Shown here: one piece after another, positions 17,498 through 26,749 of the stretch
How the letters are laid out: each line of letters starts with the position of its first letter
How positions within the stretch are numbered: the first letter of the stretch is position 1
From: an uncultured Clostridia bacterium
GTDB lineage: Bacteria; Bacillota; Clostridia; Christensenellales; CAG-138
Direction: 5' to 3'
DNA length: 64,000 bases
Assembly (NCBI GenBank): GCA_946625575.1
Contig: CAMOTD010000001.1
Span: 67,279-131,278, forward strand
Translations under genes and position numbers: made by a program
The notes under the pieces: model-generated
Database searches by the model: none
What the model was told of the DNA's origin: nothing
What the model saw: only the letters and a program-made list of their open reading frames with translations

Positions 17498-19311
17498 TTC
17501 ATGTAATCTCTGATGATATCCATATACGTGGGACCATAAGAAAGATATCTTTCGAAAAACGCTTTTATCTCATTGTTCGATCCGGGATCGGCGCTCCTGT
17601 AAATATCGGAAAGATATGAATACCCTATCGCATAGCTCATAGCGTAAACGGGCATTGTTATCGCGTATTCATAGAAGATGTCGGCGGCGCTCTCCATCCC
17701 GTAAGTTTTAAGAAGATCGACTACTTGGTCCTTGTCCCATCCGTAATAATTCACCATAATACTTACGTATGCCGGAAGATAGATATTTCCGAAGGTGGAG
17801 TCGGAATTCGTCATCGTGCAGAAATCCGCATCAAGATCATCACAATGCTTTGAGACGAAATCTTCGGTAAACACCGTCCATGCCTCCGCATAACCGGTCG
17901 GCTCGAGGATCTGCTGCGCAAGCGACAGCCCCTTCATGTTTCGCGCGTAAAGGAACTGATACATATGCCCGGGAATGGTTTCGTGCGCAACGGTCAGAAG
18001 ATCGTCGGAGCCTTCGGAAGTCGGGTTGATAAGCATGAGATTATCATAATAATCGTCGTAAGACGCCGTCACATAAGCTGCGGGGCTGAAATCGTCCGCA
18101 ATATCGTCCGGGACCTGGATATACTTCAAGTTATAGGCTGGCATTTCGGGATAATACTCTTTAATGAATCCTGTGAGCCATTCCATGTTCTTCTCGACCG
18201 AACCGAAAGAAATATCATCGCCGAACTTATCAGACATGTTAGGATCGGAAAGATATGCGCTTATCATATCCTCATAAGTATTCCTGCCCATTTTATTAAG
18301 GAGCTTCTTCACGGTATCCATATCGTCCATGGTGGCGCCCTCTTCACAGACGGTCAAAGCAAAATAAGCTTTTGCATTCTGACCCCTCTTGCATGCGCCC
18401 TCAAACTCCATACAATCGCCTCTGCGGGCGTTCAGAGCATCGGCAAGGTGTTTGTATGCCGGAAGGATCTCGTTAAGCACGGCGTTCCTGTTGCGTTCGC
18501 GGAGTGCGCTGCACTGGTCCTCCGTAAATCCAAACTCCCTCGCTTTTTCGAGCACCTCTTCAAAATAGCTGATAAGAAAGCTTTCTTCGCCCTTCTCGGC
18601 AAAGCTTCTGCATGATTCAACGACCTGATCGAGCGCGGTTTCCGTCATGAAAAGACCGTGGTCTGCCTTTTCGTTTTCAAACCTTTCGATATCGCCGAGC
18701 ACCCTTGCCATATCCTCGATCAGGATCATATAATTCTCAACGTCGTTGGCATTGCGAACGCTGAAGCAGACCATGCTCAAGGGGAGCATGGAATGCATTC
18801 CGTTAAGGGGCGTCAACGGCTCGTCGAAATAATAATAGTCTTCATACTTGAGCACGATCTCAAAATGGCGGTGGATCGCGTCGAATGCATACCTGTTCCT
18901 GGTGTTGAGGTTCTCGCGCCCTATCGCATCGAGACGACCGAGCACAGTCCTCGCTTCATCCATCTGGGCAAGGTGATCCTCATACGAGATCTCGCCCCAA
19001 CCGGGAGTTACGTCGTTTGGATCGATGCCGAATTTGGCGGGATCGGAAACGATGTATTGATTGTAAATATCCGTGCATGAGGTGGCGCGGCTACGGAATA
19101 TCTCAAGATCGAGCTCTCTGAAAGCAATATCCGAGGCAGATTCGGAAGTATCCTCGTTATAATGCGGGATATAGGGATCGCTCGTTTCGCTGGGATCCGG
19201 CGTGCTGAATATGCTTGACGGATCGAACGGAAGGAGATCGTTGATCAATCTGCACCCTGTCAAGGAAAGCGCGCAGATGAGAGCAAGAAGTAAAGATACG
19301 ATTCGTTTCAT
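17494..19311 (-). CDS. DUF885 family lipoprotein (probable Zn-metallopeptidase-like)
   Basis: Lipobox LTGC; SPAAY, AHETIPGHMYQ, GYAEAW, SYAIG motifs typical of DUF885. Confidence 0.8.
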   Translation of the reverse strand: MKRIVSLLLALICALSLTGCRLINDLLPFDPSSIFSTPDPSETSDPYIPHYNEDTSESASDIAFRELDLEIFRSRATSCTDIYNQYIVSDPAKFGIDPNDVTPGWGEISYEDHLAQMDEARTVLGRLDAIGRENLNTRNRYAFDAIHRHFEIVLKYEDYYYFDEPLTPLNGMHSMLPLSMVCFSVRNANDVENYMILIEDMARVLGDIERFENEKADHGLFMTETALDQVVESCRSFAEKGEESFLISYFEEVLEKAREFGFTEDQCSALRERNRNAVLNEILPAYKHLADALNARRGDCMEFEGACKRGQNAKAYFALTVCEEGATMDDMDTVKKLLNKMGRNTYEDMISAYLSDPNMSDKFGDDISFGSVEKNMEWLTGFIKEYYPEMPAYNLKYIQVPDDIADDFSPAAYVTASYDDYYDNLMLINPTSEGSDDLLTVAHETIPGHMYQFLYARNMKGLSLAQQILEPTGYAEAWTVFTEDFVSKHCDDLDADFCTMTNSDSTFGNIYLPAYVSIMVNYYGWDKDQVVDLLKTYGMESAADIFYEYAITMPVYAMSYAIGYSYLSDIYRSADPGSNNEIKAFFERYLSYGPTYMDIIRDYMK

Positions 19312-19365
19312 TTCACATCACCTAATACAGAATAACCTTTCCCGGCGATTTGCGCCGAACTTGGA

Positions 19366-20451
19366 TCAAAAGCCTGCCGCCTTTGCCAATTCATATAGTT
19401 TTGGCAGTTTTCGTTCCGCGATCTCAATTATTATTATATCTGGCGAGTATTCGTCAATGCTGCTCATATCGTATGGGAACGACCGAAGCATCACAAGCCT
19501 GCCGGCATTCTGGCTGAAAAATGGCTGGAGCGCCTTACCGAATGAATCGTGCCAGATGAGCACGGTAAGCTCGTTCGCGTCGGAAGAAGTGATATTGATT
19601 TTCGAGTTGTCAAGATTGATCGGCTTTTCCGATTCGTAATCGCGGCGAACCGGATAAACGTATCTTTCGTCGTATTCCCTGTCAAGCCCGGCGGCAAAAC
19701 GCTCAAGATCCCCTTCCCTGTCCTTTACGATCGAATATGAGTCTTCGTCAAAACGCTCAAGACCCGAGGCTGACGCAGCGGCGTTATAGATGCAGCATGC
19801 GCCGAGCTCGTTCCAATGCGAATCTCGTTTATAATAGCATAAGCCTCCGTTCTTTTTAACGCCTGTAAGCAGATCTTTTGAATCGATACAGCAGGAGGCT
19901 CCGGCTTTGCCGAAAGCATCGGTCAAAAGGTCGATGCTTCGCGGAGCGTCGGTTTTTATCAATCTTCCGGGAAGCATTTCCGGATAGATCGTACCCTTGT
20001 CCGGCGCAACGACAAAGTAAAACGCTTTACCTTTTTCGTGACAGAGCTCTTCTATGCTCAATACATAATCGACGACGGAACCGATCTTTTCATCGTCAAG
20101 CTGATCGACGCCGACCTGATCCTGCATGGTTTCGCCGAAGAATATGAAGTCATCCTTCCCCGCCACCGCTTCCTCGCAGGGCAGGTCGTTCAGTACGGCT
20201 TGATCGAATGAACTCAAAATCCGTATGGACAGACCCTTCAGCGGATTCGTGTCGGAAATATAACGCTCGAGATCAGTTATAAACGATTCGTTAACGGTCC
20301 CGTTTTTGAACAGCCCGGGTTTCTGCTGAAGCGGGACGCGGCGAACGTTTTCGCCCTGTATTCCCAGCGCGATCAGCAGCATGGGCAACATAGCTATGAC
20401 GAGCATCAGAACAACGAATGGAATATGATGTTTTTGTGAACTCTTTTTCAT
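19366..20451 (-). CDS. AlgJ/AlgX (DHHW/SGNH-like) extracytoplasmic O-acyltransferase
   Basis: N-terminal TM; GKDDFIF, VAPDKGTIYPEMLP, YYKRDSHWN (DxH), HDSFG (Ser), IIEIAER. Confidence 0.82.
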   Translation of the reverse strand: MKKSSQKHHIPFVVLMLVIAMLPMLLIALGIQGENVRRVPLQQKPGLFKNGTVNESFITDLERYISDTNPLKGLSIRILSSFDQAVLNDLPCEEAVAGKDDFIFFGETMQDQVGVDQLDDEKIGSVVDYVLSIEELCHEKGKAFYFVVAPDKGTIYPEMLPGRLIKTDAPRSIDLLTDAFGKAGASCCIDSKDLLTGVKKNGGLCYYKRDSHWNELGACCIYNAAASASGLERFDEDSYSIVKDREGDLERFAAGLDREYDERYVYPVRRDYESEKPINLDNSKINITSSDANELTVLIWHDSFGKALQPFFSQNAGRLVMLRSFPYDMSSIDEYSPDIIIIEIAERKLPKLYELAKAAGF

Positions 20452-21818
20452 AACGCTTCAAAGAAACCCGGCTGCTGTTCAACGGCAGAAAGGAATATGA
20501 TGCAAACGATGAACAGTACGACTGTCCAAACGGATCGAACGATCCCGAACGCTTTCTTTCCCGATAAAGCCCGTTTGATCACCGCGGGTACAGGCGACGC
20601 AAGAATCAATGCCGTCAATGAAACGGCGATAAGATCGGGCTTCATGATGAGCGACAGCCTTGCGAGCGAACTTTGCGAAACGGTAAATCCGAGAAACATC
20701 GCTTTATAAACAGCCAACGCCCGAGAGACGTCCTTCGTTTGGAGCGGAACAAAAGCGATCGTAACGGCAAGCAGAGTCAGTATCACTCCCGGGACGTTCG
20801 GAAGCTTGATCCCGCTTTTTTTCAAAGACAGATCGATAAACAGAAAGACGGCGGAAACAACGCCGAATAATATGAATGATACGTTGGGAGAATGCCATAC
20901 CGCGGAGGCTATACAGGCTGTCATGCTCGCGGCCGCAAGGCGGATGAAACCGTTTTTCTTCCCGAGGATCGGCATGAACAAATACTCTTTGAACCAACCC
21001 GACAGCGATATATGCCATCTTTCAATGAAGCTCGATACGCCGACGGATGCGAACGGAGAGTTGAAATTCTCACGAATCGAAAAACCGAGCATACTTAAAG
21101 CTCCGTCAGCCATCACCAGATAACCGGCTATGTCAAAATACAGATGGAGCAAAAACAATATCGCGCACAGCCATGAGGTTACGACGTTCAAATCGATCCG
21201 TTCGAGCATCAACAGCTTGCTCGAGGCGTAATACAGCGAATTGGATAATATCGCCTTCATGGCAAGGCCATGAACGAATATGGTGATCCCGCGGGCGATA
21301 CGTTCAAAGGATACCCCGCGCGACTCTATCTGCTCCCGGAGCTCGCCGTACTTTACAACGGGACCGCGCTGCATTAACGCAAACAAAGACGAATACAGAA
21401 TAAAATCAATAAGCTTCGGAGATCTGTTAAGCTCCCCTTTATATGCGCCGACAATAAACGAGATCATCCTCAAAGTAAGGAATCCTATGCCCATCGTCCT
21501 TATGAGGATTGGAGGAAGGCCGCTTTTACCTATCAGGATCACGTCGAGCAGCAAGGCGGAAACGTTTGCTGCGATTCCGATTGTAAGATATGCGGCGCGT
21601 GCTTTGTTACCCGTTTTTATGATGAGATGCGCGAGCAGGTAATTAAAAAAAGTCAGTCCGAGCATGATCAAAAATCCGAACAGTCCGCACCAAAGCCAGA
21701 AAGCAAAGCTGACTGCGATCAAAAAGACATTCCTTGCCTTTTGATTTTTGATCAGCGCATGGATCGTTACAACGACCGGAAGAAAAGCAAATATGAATAT
21801 TTCGGAAGAAAGCTCCAC
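20448..21818 (-). CDS. MBOAT family O-acyltransferase (AlgI/PatA/DltB-like)
   Basis: SSEIFIFAFLP, GPVVKY, ENFNSPF, RWHISLSGWFKEYLF, catalytic WH; many TM segments. Confidence 0.9.
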   Translation of the reverse strand: MELSSEIFIFAFLPVVVTIHALIKNQKARNVFLIAVSFAFWLWCGLFGFLIMLGLTFFNYLLAHLIIKTGNKARAAYLTIGIAANVSALLLDVILIGKSGLPPILIRTMGIGFLTLRMISFIVGAYKGELNRSPKLIDFILYSSLFALMQRGPVVKYGELREQIESRGVSFERIARGITIFVHGLAMKAILSNSLYYASSKLLMLERIDLNVVTSWLCAILFLLHLYFDIAGYLVMADGALSMLGFSIRENFNSPFASVGVSSFIERWHISLSGWFKEYLFMPILGKKNGFIRLAAASMTACIASAVWHSPNVSFILFGVVSAVFLFIDLSLKKSGIKLPNVPGVILTLLAVTIAFVPLQTKDVSRALAVYKAMFLGFTVSQSSLARLSLIMKPDLIAVSLTALILASPVPAVIKRALSGKKAFGIVRSVWTVVLFIVCIIFLSAVEQQPGFFEAL

Positions 21819-21826
21819 CTGTCTCC

Positions 21827-22369
21827 TTAAAAACCGGGGTCGAAAACAATGAACTCGGTCACGATATCGTCTTCGAGCCTGAAATAGATCTTCGTACCGG
21901 AAATATCGTTTTTATCACCTTTTTTTGAAAACACAAGGCTCGAATTCTCAATAAACCCGTTTTCACCGTAAGCGTTTACTATGTCGGATCTCGTGCTCCC
22001 CACCTTTATGCCGCGGGGTGTTTCTGCGCCCTCGCCCGTAACCGATATACGGCTGATCCTGTCTTTTTCGCCCGAGGGCACTGTCTCGATAACAATAAAG
22101 CCGTAATCATAGGTCTTGTCATATCCTGCGGTCATGCAGCTGAGCGCCTCGGAATATTCGTAAGAGCCGGGAACCGCGGCAAGGAGCTCGTCGATATCCC
22201 CTTTAACGGAAAACGACTTCCCGTCAATAACCACAGCCGGATCCCTTTCTTCATCATACGGCTTGCCTGAAAGGCTGTCTGCGTTCTTTCCGCTGCAGCC
22301 GATAAGCGCAGCCGTCGAGAGGATCACAATAATAGACGCGATTTTATAGATTAAAGATCTCATAAACAT
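21827..22369 (-). CDS. Lipoprotein of unknown function
   Basis: Lipobox LIGC; TPRGIKVGST..DIVNAYG motif; first gene of the MBOAT operon. Confidence 0.75.
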   Translation of the reverse strand: MFMRSLIYKIASIIVILSTAALIGCSGKNADSLSGKPYDEERDPAVVIDGKSFSVKGDIDELLAAVPGSYEYSEALSCMTAGYDKTYDYGFIVIETVPSGEKDRISRISVTGEGAETPRGIKVGSTRSDIVNAYGENGFIENSSLVFSKKGDKNDISGTKIYFRLEDDIVTEFIVFDPGF

Positions 22370-22392
22370 ATTCCGTTCCTTTCAATGGATCC

Positions 22393-22421
22393 ATTATATC
22401 ACAGTATTTAGTTCAATTCAA
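22393..22421 (-). promoter_or_regulatory. sigmaA promoter for the lipoprotein-MBOAT operon
   Basis: Minus strand TTGAAT, 17 nt spacer, TGaTATAAT. Confidence 0.7.
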
Positions 22422-22439
22422 CGACGACAGATTTTAAGA

Positions 22440-22468
22440 TTGAACAACCCGGGATAGTATGTTATAAT
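22440..22468 (+). promoter_or_regulatory. sigmaA promoter for DUF512-der
   Basis: TTGAAC, 17 nt spacer, TGtTATAAT. Confidence 0.75.
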
Positions 22469-22513
22469 ATTTTATTAGAGCACAGGGAAAATACTGTATC
22501 ACGGCGGAGAAGG

Positions 22514-23818
22514 ATGAAGCATCTCATTAAAAAAGTTGACAGCGGATCCATTGCGGAAGAGCTCGGAATCAAACCGGGCTGGTATCTCGTTTCCGTTAAC
22601 GGAGAGACCATACGCGACGTTATCGATTATGAGCTGTTCACAAACAATGAGGAGATCACAGTTTCCGTTGAAACAGACGACGGCGAAATGATCGATTTCG
22701 ATATCGAAAAGGAGCCATGGGAAACGCTCGGACTGAACTTCGAAACGGGGCTTATGTCCCCCGTTCGTCAATGCGCAAATCATTGCGTTTTCTGCTTTAT
22801 TGATCAGATGCCCCGCGGGCACCGTGATACCCTCTATTTCAAGGACGACGACTGGCGCCTGTCGCTGATAATGGGCAATTACGTAACCCTAACAAACGTG
22901 AGCGAATCGGAATTCAAGCGCATTATCGACCGCCGCGTTTCGCCGCTCTATATCTCCGTCCACGCAACGGACGGAGCCGTCCGCAAAGAGATGATGCGCA
23001 GCAAAAACGCCGATCTTATCATGGAGAGGCTTACTGCGCTCCATGAAAACGGGCTTGCCTTCAATGCTCAGATCGTGCTTTGTCCTGAGCTTAACGGCGG
23101 AGCAATACTAAAAAAATCGCTTTGGGATCTGTGGTCGTTAGCGCCGGAGGCAAGATCGGTTGCGGTCGTTCCCGTAGGGCTCACCAAGCACAGGGACGGG
23201 CTCTATCCCCTTAAGCCCATGACCAAGGAAGACGCGCGCGAGGCGATACGGATCGTCGATCGATTCAATGCCGAGAGCGGCGCGGAGTATTTTGCTTTTT
23301 GCTCTGACGAAATGTATCTGCGCGCAGGTCTGGAGCTGCCCCCCTACGAATACTACGGCTCATTCGATCAGATCGAAAACGGAGTCGGATTGTTCAGGCT
23401 TTTCGAGGATGGTTTCCTCTCCGCTCTCGAAGAGAAAAAGCCGCTTGATAAGCACGTAACGATCGATTCCGTATGCGGCGCGGCTATCGCTCCGTGTCTC
23501 TGCGGTCTTTTCAAAAGGCTCGAGCCCTATGGCATCACGATAAAGGTCCATCCCGTTCGTAACGACTTTTTCGGGGAGAGCGTCACCGTCAGCGGACTTG
23601 TGACCGCGGGCGATATCATTAAGCAGGAATGCGGCGTTTTAGAGGGATCCGCGCTTATCATGACTTCGACCATGATGCGTGAGATGGACAATATTTTCCT
23701 TGACGGCATCCGTCTGCCGGAGCTTTCCGAAAAACTTGAGATCCCGGTCTGCCCCATGCCTGCGGACGACGGAGAAGAATTCATCCAGAAGATATTTGAA
23801 TTAGCTGAAAGGTTATAA
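22514..23818 (+). CDS. PDZ + radical SAM (DUF512) Fe-S protein
   Basis: N-terminal PDZ-like segment; CANHCVFC (CxxxCxxC); FKDDDWRLS, QIENGVG; usual position upstream of der. Confidence 0.88.
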   Translation: MKHLIKKVDSGSIAEELGIKPGWYLVSVNGETIRDVIDYELFTNNEEITVSVETDDGEMIDFDIEKEPWETLGLNFETGLMSPVRQCANHCVFCFIDQMPRGHRDTLYFKDDDWRLSLIMGNYVTLTNVSESEFKRIIDRRVSPLYISVHATDGAVRKEMMRSKNADLIMERLTALHENGLAFNAQIVLCPELNGGAILKKSLWDLWSLAPEARSVAVVPVGLTKHRDGLYPLKPMTKEDAREAIRIVDRFNAESGAEYFAFCSDEMYLRAGLELPPYEYYGSFDQIENGVGLFRLFEDGFLSALEEKKPLDKHVTIDSVCGAAIAPCLCGLFKRLEPYGITIKVHPVRNDFFGESVTVSGLVTAGDIIKQECGVLEGSALIMTSTMMREMDNIFLDGIRLPELSEKLEIPVCPMPADDGEEFIQKIFELAERL

Positions 23819-23823
23819 ACGAT

Positions 23824-25149
23824 ATGAAACCGTTGGTAGCGATAGTCGGAAGACCAAACGTCGGCAAATCGACGTTATTCAACCGCATAGTAGGAAAAAG
23901 GATAGCCATTATCGAGGATACTCCGGGCGTCACCAGGGACAGGATTTACGGCGACGCTGAATGGCTTACGCATAATTTCACAGTGATCGACACCGGCGGC
24001 ATCGAGCCGGACAGCGACGATATAATTCTCGCGCAGATGCGCCGGCAGGCGGAGCTTGCGATCGAGACCTCGCACGTAATAGTTTTCGTTGTCGACGGAC
24101 GCGAGGGTCTTACTGCAGCCGATATGGAAGTCTCCGAGATGCTTCGCCGCTGCAAAAAGCCGATCGTGCTTTGCGTCAACAAGGTCGATCACGTTAAGTA
24201 TGAGGATACGGCTTACGACTTCTATTCCCTCGGCATAGGCGAGCCTGTCACGATATCCGCCGAGCAGGGACTCGGTATCGGCGATCTTTTGGATGAGGTA
24301 TGCAAATACTTCCCCGCTATCGAAGCGGATGAGGAGAGCGAAACGATCTCCATAGCCGTCGTCGGAAAGCCGAACGTCGGTAAATCGAGCCTTGTTAACG
24401 CGCTTCTCGGTCAGGAAAGGACTATCGTTTCCAACATACCCGGCACCACGCGCGACGCTATCGATACGCCTTTCAAATATAACGGAAAGGATTACGTGCT
24501 TATCGACACCGCGGGAATTCGCCGCAAGCGCGCAGTCGGAGACGAGAACGTTGAAAGATATTCCGTCATACGATCCCTTGCCGCAATAAGGAGATGCGAC
24601 GTCGCCCTGATAGTCATTGACGCCGAACAGGGGCTTTCCGAGCAGGACGTGCGTATCGCAGGTTACGTTCACGAGGAAGGCAAGGCGAGCGTTGTTATAG
24701 TCAACAAGTGGGATCTCATCGAAAAAGACACCCATACTGTTGAAAAATTCAAGAAGGATATCCTGACGGATCTTGCCTTTATGAGCTACGTGCCGATGCT
24801 TTTCATATCGGCAAAAACAGGTCAGCGCGTACAGCGCGTTATGGAAAGCGTCAACTCCGTGCTGGAACAAGCTTCTACAAGGATAACGACCGGCATACTC
24901 AACGATATCATCGGGGAAGCCGTTACAATGAGCGAACCGCCTTTCGTGAAAGGCAGGAAGCTGCGAATATTCTACAGCACGCAGGCTTCGATCAAGCCGC
25001 CGACGTTCATTATATTCGTAAACGACGCAGAGCTGATGCATTTCTCCTATCGAAGATATCTTGAAAATTACATAAGAAAGTCTTTCAAGATCGATTCCGT
25101 ACCGATAAGGCTCATAATCAGAAACCGAGAAAGCGATACGAACTCCTGA
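23824..25149 (+). CDS. der: Ribosome biogenesis GTPase Der (EngA)
   Basis: Two G domains: GRPNVGKS/DTGG/NKVD and GKPNVGKS/DTAG/NKWD; C-terminal KH-like domain. Confidence 0.98.
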   Translation: MKPLVAIVGRPNVGKSTLFNRIVGKRIAIIEDTPGVTRDRIYGDAEWLTHNFTVIDTGGIEPDSDDIILAQMRRQAELAIETSHVIVFVVDGREGLTAADMEVSEMLRRCKKPIVLCVNKVDHVKYEDTAYDFYSLGIGEPVTISAEQGLGIGDLLDEVCKYFPAIEADEESETISIAVVGKPNVGKSSLVNALLGQERTIVSNIPGTTRDAIDTPFKYNGKDYVLIDTAGIRRKRAVGDENVERYSVIRSLAAIRRCDVALIVIDAEQGLSEQDVRIAGYVHEEGKASVVIVNKWDLIEKDTHTVEKFKKDILTDLAFMSYVPMLFISAKTGQRVQRVMESVNSVLEQASTRITTGILNDIIGEAVTMSEPPFVKGRKLRIFYSTQASIKPPTFIIFVNDAELMHFSYRRYLENYIRKSFKIDSVPIRLIIRNRESDTNS

Positions 25150-25155
25150 TATCAA

Positions 25156-25185
25156 GTAATCATACTCCCCCGGCTCACATATCAT
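25156..25185 (+). promoter_or_regulatory. sigmaE-like promoter for spoIVA
   Basis: CATATCAT -10 at 25178-25185 with upstream GTAATCATA; spoIVA is sigmaE-dependent in model spore formers. Confidence 0.6.
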
Positions 25186-25219
25186 GTAAATGCGATATGA
25201 AGCTGAAGGGAGTATTATT

Positions 25220-26701
25220 ATGGAAAGAGCGGAGCTTTACCGCGACATAGCGTCAAGGACGCAGGGCGGGATCTATATCGGAGTGGTCGGTCCGGTCAGG
25301 ACGGGCAAATCGACATTTATTAAACGGTTTATGGATGAGCTCGTCATCCCGCGGATCGAAAACGAATACGTTAGACAGCGCGTCATTGACGAGCTGCCGC
25401 AGAGCGGATCGGGTAAGACCGTTATGACGACGCAGCCTAAATTCGTACCGAACGACGCTGTCTCGATCAGCTTCGGCGAGGATAATACCTCGTTCTCGGT
25501 AAGGATGATCGATTGCGTGGGCTTCATGGTCGAAGGCGCGCTCGGCACGAATGAAGAAGACGTGCCGAGAATGGTGCGAACGCCATGGTTCGATCACGAT
25601 ATCCCCTTCGACGAAGCCGCCGAGATCGGCACCACAAAGGTCATCAACGAGCATTCCACGGTTGGTATCGTCGTATTAACAGACGGAACGATCACCGGTA
25701 TCGAAAGGTCGGCGTATGCTTCCGCGGAGGAAAAGGTCTTTTCGGAGCTTAAAAACAGCACCAAGCCCTATGCAGTCGTGCTTAACAGCAAATCGCCCGA
25801 AAGCGAGGAAGCGAGGAACGCAGCTCGCGAGATATCGGAGAAGTACTGTGTGGACGTGTTGCCGCTCGACGTGTTGAACATGACGCAGGAGGATATTTCA
25901 AGGCTTCTTGAAAAGATGCTTATGGATTTTCCGATCAGCGCGGTTAAGCTTTCCGTCCCAAGATGGATGAGGCTGCTTTCGCCCGAGCATGAATTGATAA
26001 AACCTGTTTTCGACAGCTTAAGGGGGATCATGCCTTCGCTCAATAAAATGCGGGATCATCAGCTTTTAGCGGAAGCGCTTGACGGAATCGACGATTTTAA
26101 GCCGATAGGACATGAAAGGATCGACCTCGGAAGCGGTATGGTCTTTGCCGATCTTACTCCGGACGACGGAGTGTTTTATAAGCTTTTGAGCGAAGAATGC
26201 GGTTATGAGATAAAAGACGAGTATGAGCTTATGAGTTCGCTGAAGGGCTTCGCGCTCGCCAAATCGGAGTATGACAGGATCGCGCCTGCGCTGAAAAGCG
26301 CCTCGGAATTCGGTTACGGACTCGTTGCGCCGAAGCTCGACGAGCTCGAACTCGATAAGCCGGAGATAGTCCATCACGGAAATCGAGTCGGCGTCAAGCT
26401 CAAAGCACACGCCTCCGGACTGCACATAATTAGGGTGGATATAGAAAGCGAAGTCAATCCGATCGTCGGTACGGCGGAGCAGGGCGAGGAGCTTGCGAAG
26501 TATCTAATGGACACTTTCGAAACCGAACCAGACGAGCTTTGGTCGACAAACATATTCGGCAAGCCCATTTACGATCTGGTTAAGGAAGGAATGACGGGCA
26601 AGGTCAATTCGCTGCCGCAGGACGTGCAGATCCGGTTCAAGGATACGCTTAACAGAATGGTGAACGAGGGCTGCAAAGGGCTTGTTTGCATAATGCTGTA
26701 A
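25220..26701 (+). CDS. spoIVA: Stage IV sporulation protein A
   Basis: YRDIASRTQGGIYIGVVGPVRTGKSTFIKRFM, DELPQSGSGKT.MTT.PKFVP, DCVG, NIFGK, GLVCIML C-terminus. Confidence 0.97.
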   Translation: MERAELYRDIASRTQGGIYIGVVGPVRTGKSTFIKRFMDELVIPRIENEYVRQRVIDELPQSGSGKTVMTTQPKFVPNDAVSISFGEDNTSFSVRMIDCVGFMVEGALGTNEEDVPRMVRTPWFDHDIPFDEAAEIGTTKVINEHSTVGIVVLTDGTITGIERSAYASAEEKVFSELKNSTKPYAVVLNSKSPESEEARNAAREISEKYCVDVLPLDVLNMTQEDISRLLEKMLMDFPISAVKLSVPRWMRLLSPEHELIKPVFDSLRGIMPSLNKMRDHQLLAEALDGIDDFKPIGHERIDLGSGMVFADLTPDDGVFYKLLSEECGYEIKDEYELMSSLKGFALAKSEYDRIAPALKSASEFGYGLVAPKLDELELDKPEIVHHGNRVGVKLKAHASGLHIIRVDIESEVNPIVGTAEQGEELAKYLMDTFETEPDELWSTNIFGKPIYDLVKEGMTGKVNSLPQDVQIRFKDTLNRMVNEGCKGLVCIML

Positions 26702-26707
26702 AATGAA

Positions 26708-26745
26708 AGAGCAGGGGCCGTTCTCGGACCCCTGCTCTATTTTTC
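26708..26745. terminator. Terminator between convergent spoIVA and pfkA
   Basis: AGAGCAGGGG...CCCCTGCTCT followed by ATTTTT. Confidence 0.8.
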
Positions 26746-26749
26746 GTTA

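Noticed and set aside
16130-22500. Integrative element bounded by the recombinase
   Set aside because: No direct repeats or att sites seen, no interrupted flanking gene, no transfer or phage genes, and the recombinase lacks catalytic motifs.
23875-25185. 436-aa ORF antisense to der
   Set aside because: In-register shadow ORF of a conserved gene.
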